Positions 37,176-47,253 of a stretch of DNA of 64,000 nucleotides are shown here, piece by piece. This DNA is from an uncultured Candidatus Saccharibacteria bacterium. GTDB taxonomy: Bacteria > Patescibacteriota > Minisyncoccia > Phycocordibacterales > UBA2100. Every line of letters begins with the position of its first letter. The first letter of the stretch is position 1. The notes beneath the pieces are model-generated. The model had not been told where the DNA came from. It ran no database searches and saw nothing but the letters and a program-made list of their open reading frames with translations. Where the stretch lies: contig CAYNRJ010000001.1 in assembly GCA_964399865.1 (NCBI GenBank), positions 546,285 to 610,284 on the forward strand, in the 5' to 3' direction. The position numbers and the translations under genes were made by a program.

Positions 37176-39134
37176 ATGGACCCTCAGCCTGAGCATCTCG
37201 ATCACGAGAAAGAGAAAATAGAGCGCTTAAGGCGCGCCATGTACTCACGCGAACTTTCGGGTCAGATAAAAGATCGACCGCGTCATACGATGGAATCAAC
37301 GAACCCCACCGTTGGTGATGACTGGAAACGACCTGAGCCGGAACTTAAGACTATGAGCGTTGCTCCGCGCACGATTGCCATTGCTCGCTCTGCGCTTCGC
37401 TGGATGCTTGTCGCCGCGGTTGTCTTTTTTATTGCCGCCCTGGGATTTCTCGCATACTACTTTACGATCGGGGGCGGCGCATCGCCTTCTTCTCCGGGAA
37501 ATATTGATGTCGTTATCTCGGGACCACTCCAGGTTGCTGGTGGAGAACCGACCCAGCTCCAAATCACCGTCACGAATCGTAATAAAGTCGCACTTCAATT
37601 GGCGGATCTTGTGATCACCTACCCACAGGGAACTCGTTCTCCCTTGGATCTTGTTACGGATCTATCGAGTCAGCGCATATCGCTCGGGGATATCGAGCCG
37701 GGAGGAAGAAGGCAAGGTACGGTCTCCGCCGTATTTTCTGGAGGCGTAAATACTTCTGCGAAGGTGAATGCGGAACTTGAATATCGCCTGCAAGGCTCAA
37801 GCGCAATTTTCGTTGCGTCAGGAACATACGATGCAGCCTTTAGTGCAGCAGCACTCGCCGTGTCTGTCGAAGGGAACACGGAGACAGTATCCGGGCAACC
37901 AGTCGAATTTACCGTGACGGTCACTTCCAATGCGAACGCGCCCGTCAAAGACGTTCTGCTATCAGCGGGATTTCCTTTTGGTTTCTCGTTCTCGAGCGCA
38001 ACACCGAAGCCAACTCAGGGTACATTTTGGGAACTAGGAGATATTGCACCTGGGCAGAAAAAAGAAATTATCGTGAGAGGTACGTTAACGGGTGAAAGTG
38101 CAGATGAACGTGTGTTCCGATTCACGACGGGGACGAGAAAGAGTGCTCAGGATTCAAGTATCTCAACGACACTGGCAGAGAGCTCGTTTCCTATAAAGAT
38201 CTCTGAACCGTTCTTAGGACTCTCTGTGTCCGTGGGCGGGAGGTCGGATCCGAAGGCGGTGGTGGCTCCAGGAGAAACGGTAAACGTGACTATCAATTGG
38301 GAAAATAATCTTCGTACCGCTATTACGGATGCTGTCATTGTTGCACGTCTATCAGGTCTCCAGATCGACGGCACAGCGATAAAGACCTCTACGGGCTTCT
38401 TCCGCTCGACTGACGGAACGATCATTTGGGACAAGACAACAACAGCGGGAGATCTTGGAAATCTCGCGGCAGGAGCGCGCGGTAGTGTCGGCTTCACCGT
38501 CCGTATTCCTCCAAGCACCAGCTTAGGAGGTCTTCGTGAGCCATCACTTACGATCACCGTAAATGCGGGGGGTAAGAGAGTCTCAGAGGAAGGTGTGCCA
38601 GAAAATCTACAAGCTACAGCACTGCAGAGAATTGACGTGACGACCTCGCTCACCGCGACCTCGCAGGGTCTCTATTATGCGAATCCATTTGGAAGCGTCG
38701 GGCCTCTTCCACCGAAAAGTGGGGTCGAGACAACCTATGGAGTTGTATTTACACTCACGAATACAACAAATGCGATTGAAAACGCAAAGTTAACCGCGTC
38801 GCTGCCTCCGTACGTGCGTTGGACCGGAGTCTACAGTCCATCCGGTGAAAAGCTCACATTCAATCAGAGCGACGGAACGATCACTTGGGATATCGGCACG
38901 ATAAACCCTGGGGTAGGCCTCAGCGGAACCCTTCCGAGACAAGCTGCAATTTCTGTTGGCTTTACCCCGTCCACAAGTCAGATAGGACAAAGTCCTCCGC
39001 TCGTTCAAAACATCAGACTTGTCGGAACAGATGCGACTACAGGTGTATCCGTCAATCGTTCGCTTAAAGATGTGACGACAAACATCGTTGGGGACGCCGG
39101 TTTCAACTCCTCCGAGGCCACTGTTGTTAGATAA
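37176..39134 (+). CDS. Membrane-anchored protein with tandem Ig-like (DUF11-like) repeats
   Basis: One TM, repeated W.(L/I)G.(I/L).PG motifs. Confidence 0.75.
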   Translation: MDPQPEHLDHEKEKIERLRRAMYSRELSGQIKDRPRHTMESTNPTVGDDWKRPEPELKTMSVAPRTIAIARSALRWMLVAAVVFFIAALGFLAYYFTIGGGASPSSPGNIDVVISGPLQVAGGEPTQLQITVTNRNKVALQLADLVITYPQGTRSPLDLVTDLSSQRISLGDIEPGGRRQGTVSAVFSGGVNTSAKVNAELEYRLQGSSAIFVASGTYDAAFSAAALAVSVEGNTETVSGQPVEFTVTVTSNANAPVKDVLLSAGFPFGFSFSSATPKPTQGTFWELGDIAPGQKKEIIVRGTLTGESADERVFRFTTGTRKSAQDSSISTTLAESSFPIKISEPFLGLSVSVGGRSDPKAVVAPGETVNVTINWENNLRTAITDAVIVARLSGLQIDGTAIKTSTGFFRSTDGTIIWDKTTTAGDLGNLAAGARGSVGFTVRIPPSTSLGGLREPSLTITVNAGGKRVSEEGVPENLQATALQRIDVTTSLTATSQGLYYANPFGSVGPLPPKSGVETTYGVVFTLTNTTNAIENAKLTASLPPYVRWTGVYSPSGEKLTFNQSDGTITWDIGTINPGVGLSGTLPRQAAISVGFTPSTSQIGQSPPLVQNIRLVGTDATTGVSVNRSLKDVTTNIVGDAGFNSSEATVVR

Positions 39135-39176
39135 AAGTGTGTAGTATGGTGTACGTCGTTCACCCAAGAAATTTGT

Positions 39177-40469
39177 ATGTCTGAAGTAACAATGGAACAG
39201 ATAATCTCGCTCGCTAAGCGGCGAGGTTTTATATACCCTGGAAGCGAGATTTACGGCGGTCTTTCAGGTACCTGGGACTACGGACCTCTCGGTGTTGCCC
39301 TCAAAAACAATATAAAAAACATCTGGTGGCGGATGAATGTCCTGGAACGTGATGATATGTACGGGGTAGATGCCGCCATCCTCATGAATCCAAAAGTATG
39401 GGAAGCGAGCGGTCACGTCGCAGGTTTTGCTGACCCACTCGTTGAATGCAGTAAATGCAAGAAACGTTTCCGAGAGGACCATCTGGTGGATAAAAAGAAG
39501 TGTCCGGAATGTGGTGGCGCACTCGGAGAGGCGAGACAATTTAATATGATGTTTAAGACCGAGATCGGTGCATCCGATGGCGGAATCTCGTACCTACGTC
39601 CGGAAACAGCAGGAGGTATCTTTGTAAACTTTAAGAATGTTGTCGACTCATTTCATCCAAAACTATCTTTCGGTATTGCCCAAATTGGAAAAGCGTTCAG
39701 AAATGAAATCGCGCCACGAGATTTTATCTTCCGCGTGAGAGAGTTGGAACAGATGGAAATCGAATATTTTGTCCGCCCAGGCGAATGGAAAGAGAAGTTC
39801 GAGGCGTGGCGAGATGAAGTGTACCGATTTACAGATGTGGTAGGTATTTCTCGTTCCTCAGTCCATGAATTGGAGGTCGCTGACGGTGATCGCGCGCACT
39901 ACTCAAAACGCACGATAGATTTTGAGTTTGATTTTCCATTCGGTCGCAAAGAGTTGTACGGCCTCGCGTATCGTACGGATTTTGATCTCTCTGCTCACTC
40001 GAAAGCGTCAGGAGTGGATCTTAAGATGGTAGACGAAGAGGGGAAGGAGCCTATCACTCCCCATGTCATCGAGCCGTCGTTCGGTGTTGATAGAACCATG
40101 CTTGCACTCCTCGTGTCTGCCTACACAGAAGATGAGCTCGGAGGAGAGAAACGCACGTACCTCAAATTTAATTCTGCAGTTGCTCCCATTAAAGCGGCTG
40201 TATTCCCACTTCTTAAGAACAAACCAGAACTTGTCGCAAAAGCTCGCGCTGTGTACTCGGAACTTAAGAAGATCGTTCCGGAGATCATGTGGGACGACAA
40301 TGGCAACATAGGAAAGCGCTACCGCCGCCAGGATGAGATAGGAACGCCTGCTTGTATCACGATCGACTTCGACACCCTTGAGAACGATACCGTCACTGTG
40401 CGGAATAGAGATACGGGAGTGCAGGTTCGTGTGCCGATCGGGGAGCTGCCGGGCATCATTAAGGCGTAA
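39177..40469 (+). CDS. glyS: Glycine--tRNA ligase (alpha2 type)
   Basis: KRRGFIYPGSEIYGG, YLRPETA, FRNEI, IEPSFGVDR and IGKRYRRQDEIG motifs. Confidence 0.96.
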   Translation: MSEVTMEQIISLAKRRGFIYPGSEIYGGLSGTWDYGPLGVALKNNIKNIWWRMNVLERDDMYGVDAAILMNPKVWEASGHVAGFADPLVECSKCKKRFREDHLVDKKKCPECGGALGEARQFNMMFKTEIGASDGGISYLRPETAGGIFVNFKNVVDSFHPKLSFGIAQIGKAFRNEIAPRDFIFRVRELEQMEIEYFVRPGEWKEKFEAWRDEVYRFTDVVGISRSSVHELEVADGDRAHYSKRTIDFEFDFPFGRKELYGLAYRTDFDLSAHSKASGVDLKMVDEEGKEPITPHVIEPSFGVDRTMLALLVSAYTEDELGGEKRTYLKFNSAVAPIKAAVFPLLKNKPELVAKARAVYSELKKIVPEIMWDDNGNIGKRYRRQDEIGTPACITIDFDTLENDTVTVRNRDTGVQVRVPIGELPGIIKA

Positions 40470-40502
40470 TTCTCCCTCTATACTTGTGCTACGATACGGG
40501 CA

Positions 40503-41567
40503 ATGGATGGTCGTCCGGTCACTATCGCAATAACCGCGGGCACAGTCATTAAAGCCGTACTTGTTCTTGCGGGCGCATGGCTTCTTTTCCAGATGCACGA
40601 ACTCGTTCTCGTGCTTCTCACCGCGATCGTCATTGCTTCTGCAATTGAGCCGGGCGTAGAGGCCCTAGCTAAAAGGAGAATTCCCCGCGTTTTGGCGATA
40701 CTTGCGATATACTTACTCCTCCTCGGCTCTTTCTTCTGCATCTTTTTCTTCTTCGTCCCGTCCTTTTTTGAAGACCTGCGTGCGCTCCTCGTTTCGTTAC
40801 CGTTATACCTCGAGACTATAAATAGTTGGGGAGGGTTCGATCAATATGCACAGCTATTTGGCACAGAGACAGTTCCCGAAGTTACCTCAAATGGCCTGCT
40901 CGAAAGCGTAGGAAATTTCCTAGGAACAGCGGGTATGTACGGTAACGCATTTACCGCTCTCGCAAACATTTTCGGAGGCGTCCTCTCATTCGTGCTCGTA
41001 ATAGTATTTTCGTTCTACTTTGCGGTCATTCGAACGGGGGTAGATGATTTCCTACAGATCGTTACTCCAAAAAGGTACAAGATATACATTTTGGATTTGT
41101 GGGAGCGCTCAAGAAAGAAGATCGGCTTATGGATGCAGGGACAACTACTTCTTGCTGTTATCGTAGGAGTTCTTGTATATCTCGGACTTACCATTCTTGG
41201 TGTTAAACACGCGCTCATTCTTGCAGTCATAGCAGCGGTATTTGAAATAATTCCGGTCTTCGGACCCATTTTGGCCGCGGTACCGGCAATTGCGATCGCA
41301 CTCGTTTCCGGTGGATTTTCTCTTGGCTTTCTCACCCTTGCTTGGTACCTCATCGTCCAGCAGTTTGAAAATCACCTCATCTATCCGCTCGTTGTGACAA
41401 GGGTCGTGGGAGTGCCGCCGCTTCTTGTCATTATCGCGCTTCTTGTGGGAGGACAGCTTGCGGGGTTCCTTGGCGTTGTACTCTCCGTGCCAGTTGTTGC
41501 AATCATCCAGGAATTCGTTAAGGATATCAGGGAAGGGCGCGTGTTTGCTTCGCCCGGAGTAGAGTAG
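40503..41567 (+). CDS. AI-2E family transporter
   Basis: IPVFGP and QQFENHLIYP motifs, multi-TM. Confidence 0.9.
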   Translation: MDGRPVTIAITAGTVIKAVLVLAGAWLLFQMHELVLVLLTAIVIASAIEPGVEALAKRRIPRVLAILAIYLLLLGSFFCIFFFFVPSFFEDLRALLVSLPLYLETINSWGGFDQYAQLFGTETVPEVTSNGLLESVGNFLGTAGMYGNAFTALANIFGGVLSFVLVIVFSFYFAVIRTGVDDFLQIVTPKRYKIYILDLWERSRKKIGLWMQGQLLLAVIVGVLVYLGLTILGVKHALILAVIAAVFEIIPVFGPILAAVPAIAIALVSGGFSLGFLTLAWYLIVQQFENHLIYPLVVTRVVGVPPLLVIIALLVGGQLAGFLGVVLSVPVVAIIQEFVKDIREGRVFASPGVE

Positions 41568-41588
41568 AGAGGTAGAGCGTACTCACGC

Positions 41589-43034
41589 ATGAAAAAAGCA
41601 TTTTATTTAACGACGACACTGCCGTATGTGAACGCCGATCCGCATATCGGCTTCGCGCTAGAAATGGTGCAAGCGGATATACTGGTCCGCTACCGAGCTT
41701 TTCTTGGTGATGATGTGTTTTTCAACACGGGAACAGATGAGCATGGGCTCAAGATTTATAAGAAGGCCGAAGAGGAGGGGAAAGAGGTGCAGGAATATGT
41801 GGATGGATACGCAGCAAAATTTAAAGGCCTGAAAGAAAAACTTGGTCTCTATGACGGAATTCATTTCATCCGAACTACGGATACAAATCACGTAGCGGCC
41901 GCACAAGAGATGTGGAGGCGCTGCGCTCAAAATGTAGGTCCCGAGGGTCCAGATATCTATAAAAAGACGTATAAGGGCCTATATTGCGTGGGGGACGAGG
42001 CTTTTATGCGTGAGAGCGATCTCGTAAACGGCAAGTGTCCGAATCATCCAAATATGGACCTCATGGAGATTGAGGAAGAGAATTATTTCTTTCGCCTGAG
42101 TAGGTACCAAGAAAAGCTAATTGAATATCTGAAGAGGGAGGGAGTCGTTGTTCCTGATTGGCGTAGATTAGAGGCAATCGACTTCGTAAAGCGAGGCTTA
42201 GAGGATTTTAGTATTTCCCGTGTGAAAGAAAAAATGCCGTGGGGAGTTCCAGTTCCCGGCGATGAATCTCAAGTCATGTACGTATGGTTCGACGCGCTCA
42301 CAAATTACATTTCAACATTGGGATGGCCGGAAGATACAGAGGGGAACTATAAGAAGTTCTGGCAGGATGGCTTTACGCTCCAGGTGGCAGGTAAGGATCA
42401 GGTGCGATTCCAGTCTGTTATGTGGCAGGCGATGCTCATGTCCGCGGGACTCGAAGGGACGAAACAAGTCTTCTATCACGGCTTCGTGACGAGCGGCGGA
42501 CAGAAAATGTCTAAGTCTCTCGGGAATGTTATTGACCCAATAGCGATCGTAGAAGAATACGGCGTGGATGCTCTTCGGTATTTCCTTACACGCCACGTCC
42601 ATCCTTTTGAAGACTCCGATGTGACGATTGGGCGTTTTAAAGAGTCCTATAACGCTGATCTTGCGAATGGTCTCGGGAATGTCGTTGCGCGTATTATGCA
42701 GCTCGCTGAAACAAATCTACGCGAGCCAGTGAAAGTGGAATTTACTCCATATCCTGAGGAATTCTTGTCGGCGCTCCAAAAGTATGAATTTAATCGTGCG
42801 ACGCAGTACATCTGGCAACGAATTCAAGACCTCGATGGAAAAATAACTACAACTGCGCCATTTAAGGTGGTGAAAAGCGACCCGGAGAAAGGAAAGGAGC
42901 TCATCGCGGAACTCGTACGTGAGCTCGCGGCAATAGATCTCATGTTGGAGCCTATTCTTCCAACAACGAGCAAAATCATCATCGAGGCGATCATGGTCAA
43001 CAAGAAACCGACGAATCTTTTTTTGCGAAAATAG
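41589..43034 (+). CDS. metG: Methionine--tRNA ligase (short, no C-terminal OB domain)
   Basis: PYVNADPHIG, TGTDEHG, YVWFDAL and KMSKSLGN motifs. Confidence 0.96.
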   Translation: MKKAFYLTTTLPYVNADPHIGFALEMVQADILVRYRAFLGDDVFFNTGTDEHGLKIYKKAEEEGKEVQEYVDGYAAKFKGLKEKLGLYDGIHFIRTTDTNHVAAAQEMWRRCAQNVGPEGPDIYKKTYKGLYCVGDEAFMRESDLVNGKCPNHPNMDLMEIEEENYFFRLSRYQEKLIEYLKREGVVVPDWRRLEAIDFVKRGLEDFSISRVKEKMPWGVPVPGDESQVMYVWFDALTNYISTLGWPEDTEGNYKKFWQDGFTLQVAGKDQVRFQSVMWQAMLMSAGLEGTKQVFYHGFVTSGGQKMSKSLGNVIDPIAIVEEYGVDALRYFLTRHVHPFEDSDVTIGRFKESYNADLANGLGNVVARIMQLAETNLREPVKVEFTPYPEEFLSALQKYEFNRATQYIWQRIQDLDGKITTTAPFKVVKSDPEKGKELIAELVRELAAIDLMLEPILPTTSKIIIEAIMVNKKPTNLFLRK

Positions 43035-43037
43035 TAT

Positions 43038-43706
43038 ATGGAGGGGGTCACAAATAATCCAAAGGACTTTATTGAACGGCAATTTAAAGATGGTGTTGCG
43101 GAGCCAGAAGCTCCAACGGAATTTCTCTTGAAACTTCTTGGTCGCACAAAAGATGATCCATATACTGCGCTTCCCGCGGAAGCAGTAGCAGAAGGAGAGG
43201 CGGCAGATTCATTGCGGGCAAAACTTCCAGAAAGAAGGGCCCGAATGGAACGGGCGTTTGCGCAGATGTCGGACGTTTCCGCAGAGATCCTCGCTGCATA
43301 CGGCGAAGCATGTAAGACCGTAGGATTTACTCCAGGAGAAGTTCGCATGTATATAGTTGGTGGAAGGGTCCGTGAAAAGCCACTTCTACATACTAGCGAT
43401 ATTGATGTTGTGTTTACAACGAAAAATGCAAAGGAAGGGCTTCAGCCAGATTTTTCCAGCGATGATCCTGATCTTGTGAAAAGGAAACAGAAAGCGCGCG
43501 CGGAGTTTGTTAAGCTCATTCCCGCTATTCTCGAGAAGTATGATTTACTCGAACGTGATTCTGAGGGAAATGTAGAAGGGTGGTTTTTAGAGCCAAAGGG
43601 GTATGGTTCTTCAGAAGCGGAAACCAGGAAAAAGTGGACTGAGCAGCCCGAAGAGTCGGGGCGCAAACGCATTGCTATACTCGTAAATACTGTTTCTATC
43701 TCATGA
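43038..43706 (+). CDS. Orphan protein with Pol-beta-like nucleotidyltransferase motif
   Basis: YIVGGRVR…SDIDVVF (hGG..DhD). Confidence 0.6.
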   Translation: MEGVTNNPKDFIERQFKDGVAEPEAPTEFLLKLLGRTKDDPYTALPAEAVAEGEAADSLRAKLPERRARMERAFAQMSDVSAEILAAYGEACKTVGFTPGEVRMYIVGGRVREKPLLHTSDIDVVFTTKNAKEGLQPDFSSDDPDLVKRKQKARAEFVKLIPAILEKYDLLERDSEGNVEGWFLEPKGYGSSEAETRKKWTEQPEESGRKRIAILVNTVSIS

Positions 43707-44515
43707 AATATTTCGATGCTCATACCCACGTAAATTTCGTCGCGTACGACACGGATAGGGAGGAGGTGATTCAGCGCGCGAAGGACGCGGGTGTCATTAT
43801 GAATGTGGTGGGAACGCAGCAAGACACTTCTCGATCCGCAGTCGCCCTCGCTGAAAAATACGATCATCTATACGCGACGATCGGACTCCACCCAATACAT
43901 ACTTCTAAGTCGTATCACGACGTGAAGGAGCTCGGAGAGGGTGGAAAGGAGTTTACCTCTCGTGGCGAGGAGTTCGATATGGCTGCCTACGAGAAAATGG
44001 GACAGTCGCCGCGAGTAATTGCGATAGGAGAGTGCGGACTCGATTATTATCGCTCTGAGGAAAGCACGAAGGAAAAGCAAAAGAAGGCATTCATAGAACA
44101 TATCGAGCTTGCGAATAAACTGGAAAAGCCGCTCATGCTCCACATCAGGAATGCGTATGAGGACTCGCTCGAAATTCTAAAAGCTCATGCCAAAGTGAAA
44201 GGGGATGTACACTTTTTCGCCGGTAACTGGGAAACGGCGAAGAAATTCCTCGATTTTGGCTTCACTCTCTCATTTACAGGGGTAGTCACGTTTACTCATG
44301 ATTACGACGAGGTGGTAAAGAATGCACCTCTTGAAATGCTCCTGTCTGAGACGGATGCCCCATACATTACCCCTGTGCCGCACAGAGGAAAGCGCAATGA
44401 ATCTTCGTATATTCCTGAGATAGTGAAGGCGATCGCAGCTATTCGAGGGGAAGATTTCGAGACAGTGTCCGCTCAGCTCCTCCTAAACGCCCGCCGCGTT
44501 TTCGGCGTGGCTTAG
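43703..44515 (+). CDS. tatD: TatD family DNase
   Basis: FDAHTH, GLHP, AIGECGLDY and ETDAPY motifs. Confidence 0.95.
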   Translation: MKYFDAHTHVNFVAYDTDREEVIQRAKDAGVIMNVVGTQQDTSRSAVALAEKYDHLYATIGLHPIHTSKSYHDVKELGEGGKEFTSRGEEFDMAAYEKMGQSPRVIAIGECGLDYYRSEESTKEKQKKAFIEHIELANKLEKPLMLHIRNAYEDSLEILKAHAKVKGDVHFFAGNWETAKKFLDFGFTLSFTGVVTFTHDYDEVVKNAPLEMLLSETDAPYITPVPHRGKRNESSYIPEIVKAIAAIRGEDFETVSAQLLLNARRVFGVA

Positions 44516-44569
44516 AGCCCCCGCCTGTTGCCTAATAGCCGTCTCCTGTGATAGAGTGCCCGCTACGTT

Positions 44570-45097
44570 ATGGTAGATGATATGACAATAACCCAAGAAG
44601 CTGACACGGAGGATGTCGGCGTCCCTCGTATTTACGAAGTCGGTTATCTCGTCATTCCAACTGTTAAAGAGGAAGAAATCGACAAAGTTGTCAGCGCAAT
44701 CCGCTCAGACATAGAAAAGGCAGGGGGAAGCTTCATTGCAGAAGGAGCACCTCTTTCCATGAAGCTCGCATACGACATCACTACCCGTGGTGGAGGCAAG
44801 AAAAACGTCTATGACCACGCTTTCTTTGGATGGATAAAGTTCGAAGCACCGATTTCCGTCGCAAAAGCACTGGAGCTTTCCCTCAATAAAAATCAGGACA
44901 TCCTTCGCTCGATCGTATTTCAAACCGTTCGTGAGGATACGCGTGCCAAGATGAAGGCTCCGACACTCCGTGAAGTTCGTCGCACCGATACGATCAAGGC
45001 CGCTACAACTCATCGCCCTGCTGCAGGCGCTGAGGATAAGGCACCAGTTTCTGAAGAGGACCTCGAGAAGGCTCTCAAAGACATCACAACTGAGTAA
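44570..45097 (+). CDS. rpsF: 30S ribosomal protein S6
   Basis: YEVGYLVIP, KLAYDI and ILRS motifs; first gene of rpsF-ssb-rpsR. Confidence 0.9.
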   Translation: MVDDMTITQEADTEDVGVPRIYEVGYLVIPTVKEEEIDKVVSAIRSDIEKAGGSFIAEGAPLSMKLAYDITTRGGGKKNVYDHAFFGWIKFEAPISVAKALELSLNKNQDILRSIVFQTVREDTRAKMKAPTLREVRRTDTIKAATTHRPAAGAEDKAPVSEEDLEKALKDITTE

Positions 45098-45121
45098 GGC
45101 GCTAGTGATACAATTGGGGGT

Positions 45122-45568
45122 ATGTATATCAACAAGGCAATGCTGTTCGGGAACCTGACACGCGATCCTGAATTGCGCGCACTCCCATCAGGTGTTAACG
45201 TATGCAACTTCTCCGTCGCAACGAACCGTGTCTATAAGGACAAGGACGGAAAGAAGCAGGAGCAGGCTGATTTCCACAATGTCGTTGTGTTCGGGAGACA
45301 GGCTGATATAGTCGCCCAGTATCTCAAGAAAGGCAGCTCGGTCTTTATTGAAGGCCGCATGCAGACGAGAAGCTGGGAGAAAGAAGGTCAGAAACAGTAC
45401 AGGACAGAAGTCATCGCGGATCGCGTTCAGTTTGGTCCGAAGGGTTCCGCTGGAGGTGGCCGCTCCTCAGGGCCTGAAGGCGGAGCGCAGGAGGATCAAG
45501 GTGGGGGAAGTGCGAGCGGGATCGACTATCCAAAAGACGAAATTAATCCAGACGACATACCATTTTAA
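45122..45568 (+). CDS. ssb: Single-stranded DNA-binding protein
   Basis: NKAMLFGNLTRDPELR and C-terminal DDIPF. Confidence 0.97.
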   Translation: MYINKAMLFGNLTRDPELRALPSGVNVCNFSVATNRVYKDKDGKKQEQADFHNVVVFGRQADIVAQYLKKGSSVFIEGRMQTRSWEKEGQKQYRTEVIADRVQFGPKGSAGGGRSSGPEGGAQEDQGGGSASGIDYPKDEINPDDIPF

Positions 45569-45585
45569 AAAACTTATTTATACCT

Positions 45586-45789
45586 ATGAGCACAAATAAC
45601 ATACTCACGCAGAACGACATTCAGCATGTGGACTACAAGGATGTAGACCTCCTGAAGCAGTTCGTTAACCCACACGGCCGCATCGTCGCTCGTAAGAGAA
45701 GCGGTCTCACTGCGCGCCAGCAGCGTGCGGTAGAAGCTGCCATAAAGAGGGCCCGCTTCATGGGACTCCTCCCATTCATCCAGAAATAA
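45586..45789 (+). CDS. rpsR: 30S ribosomal protein S18 (Cys-less)
   Basis: VDYKDVDLL and AIKRARFMGLLPF motifs. Confidence 0.96.
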   Translation: MSTNNILTQNDIQHVDYKDVDLLKQFVNPHGRIVARKRSGLTARQQRAVEAAIKRARFMGLLPFIQK

Positions 45790-45824
45790 AGAAAAGTCCC
45801 GGTTTACCGGGACTTTTCTTTATT
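45785..45824. terminator. Bidirectional terminator between rpsR and efp
   Basis: 19-bp inverted repeat AATAAAGAAAAGTCCCGGT/ACCGGGACTTTTCTTTATT. Confidence 0.85.
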
Positions 45825-45840
45825 GGGGAGAGAGGAAAAC

Positions 45841-46401
45841 CTATACTCGTTCTACGTATTCTCCTGTTTCCGTATTGATGCGGATCACATCGCCGAGCTC
45901 GACGAACATTGGGGCATCGATCGTAGCGCCAGTTTCTAGCGTGACGATCTTAGAGCCACCCTGCGCTGTATTGCCGCGGGTATTTGGTGGTGCCTCTGTC
46001 ACTTTCAATTCAACCTTAATAGGAAGTCTTACGCGAATTAGTTTTTCGTCGAACCAATCGGTAGTCACCTCAGTGTTGCTCTTCAAGAATCGTCCAGATT
46101 CTCCTACTGCCTCTTCGGTAAGAGAGAATCGCTCGCTCGGTTTTCCAACTGGATGGAACCACCATTCACCCTTTCTCTCGTATATGAAAATGGCTGGCTT
46201 TGATGTGATCTCTGCCTCTTTCAATTTGTCTGACTGCTGGAACGAGTGTTCGACGACGTTGCCGCGGATAAGGTGGCGAAGCTTGGTCTGATTGACCGGG
46301 CGACGCTGCTGCTTCTGCATGATGTTGTTCCATGTGCAGACGTACGGCTCGCCCTCGACGATAACAGCAACCCCTGGCTTGATTTCGTTATATGACAGCA
46401 T
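45841..46401 (-). CDS. efp: Elongation factor P
   Basis: GNTAQGGSK, LETGA and INTETGEYVERV motifs. Confidence 0.94.
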   Translation of the reverse strand: MLSYNEIKPGVAVIVEGEPYVCTWNNIMQKQQRRPVNQTKLRHLIRGNVVEHSFQQSDKLKEAEITSKPAIFIYERKGEWWFHPVGKPSERFSLTEEAVGESGRFLKSNTEVTTDWFDEKLIRVRLPIKVELKVTEAPPNTRGNTAQGGSKIVTLETGATIDAPMFVELGDVIRINTETGEYVERV

Positions 46402-46459
46402 ATTAGGCGCTATTCTATTCAATAATTGCACTTTGTCCACCGTGTGTATACTTCCCGGT

Positions 46460-46969
46460 ATGGACCTCGTGAGCCCTTCGGCTCTGTATAGGGATTCCTA
46501 CCTTGCAGCCACCAGGGAACTAGACATGATGTCTACTCATCGTCACTTCGACATTGCACTCGCAGAAAGTGACTTCGAAGCGTTCGTTCGTGGGCTTCGC
46601 GAAAGAGCAGAAGGGAAGAATCTATACCCTGGGTATGTTCCAGAGACCATTTTCTGGCTCGTTGAGGGTAAGGAGTACATTGGGCGAATCAGTATTAGGC
46701 ATCGACTGAACGAAAGACTCCTCGCGATCGGAGGACACATTGGCTACGACATTCGTCCATCCATGCGACGCAAAGGATACGGCAAGAAAATACTAGAGCT
46801 CGGACTTATGAAGGCAAAGGAGCTTGGCATACACAACGTGCTTCTCACCTGTGATGTGACCAATATACCCTCTCGAAAAATAATCGAGACGAACGGGGGA
46901 GTGCTTGAGGATGAAGTTACGAATCCGGACGGCGGACCCGACAAATCAAGATTTTGGATCAGGATTTAA
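46460..46969 (+). CDS. GNAT acetyltransferase
   Basis: GGHIGYDIRPSMRRKGYG and NIPSRKIIETNGG motifs; start placed after TATACT. Confidence 0.9.
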   Translation: MDLVSPSALYRDSYLAATRELDMMSTHRHFDIALAESDFEAFVRGLRERAEGKNLYPGYVPETIFWLVEGKEYIGRISIRHRLNERLLAIGGHIGYDIRPSMRRKGYGKKILELGLMKAKELGIHNVLLTCDVTNIPSRKIIETNGGVLEDEVTNPDGGPDKSRFWIRI

Positions 46970-47211
46970 TTCCCGACGCGGCACACGGAGCAGTTCGCGC
47001 AGTCTTGTTTGATTGAAATCGCCAATACGCCGAGTACGAGCGCGGTCCACAAGTAGAGATCAGGTGCGAAAATAAAGAGAGGGGACTGCGTGATGACAGT
47101 TGCCCATGCAAGGATGAGACAGAGTGCGGATACTCCCCAGAGACCCTTCCACAGCCAGCATTTAAGAAGATGTTTTTTATTTGTTTTCACTGTCGTTGTC
47201 ATTGGTTCCAT
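46966..47211 (-). CDS. Small 2-TM protein with C-terminal CxxCxxC
   Basis: Hydrophobic helices and DCANCSVC. Confidence 0.6.
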   Translation of the reverse strand: MEPMTTTVKTNKKHLLKCWLWKGLWGVSALCLILAWATVITQSPLFIFAPDLYLWTALVLGVLAISIKQDCANCSVCRVGN

Positions 47212-47253
47212 AAAACTTTTTTATTTACTAATTAAGTAATAGATAGTGTAGCA

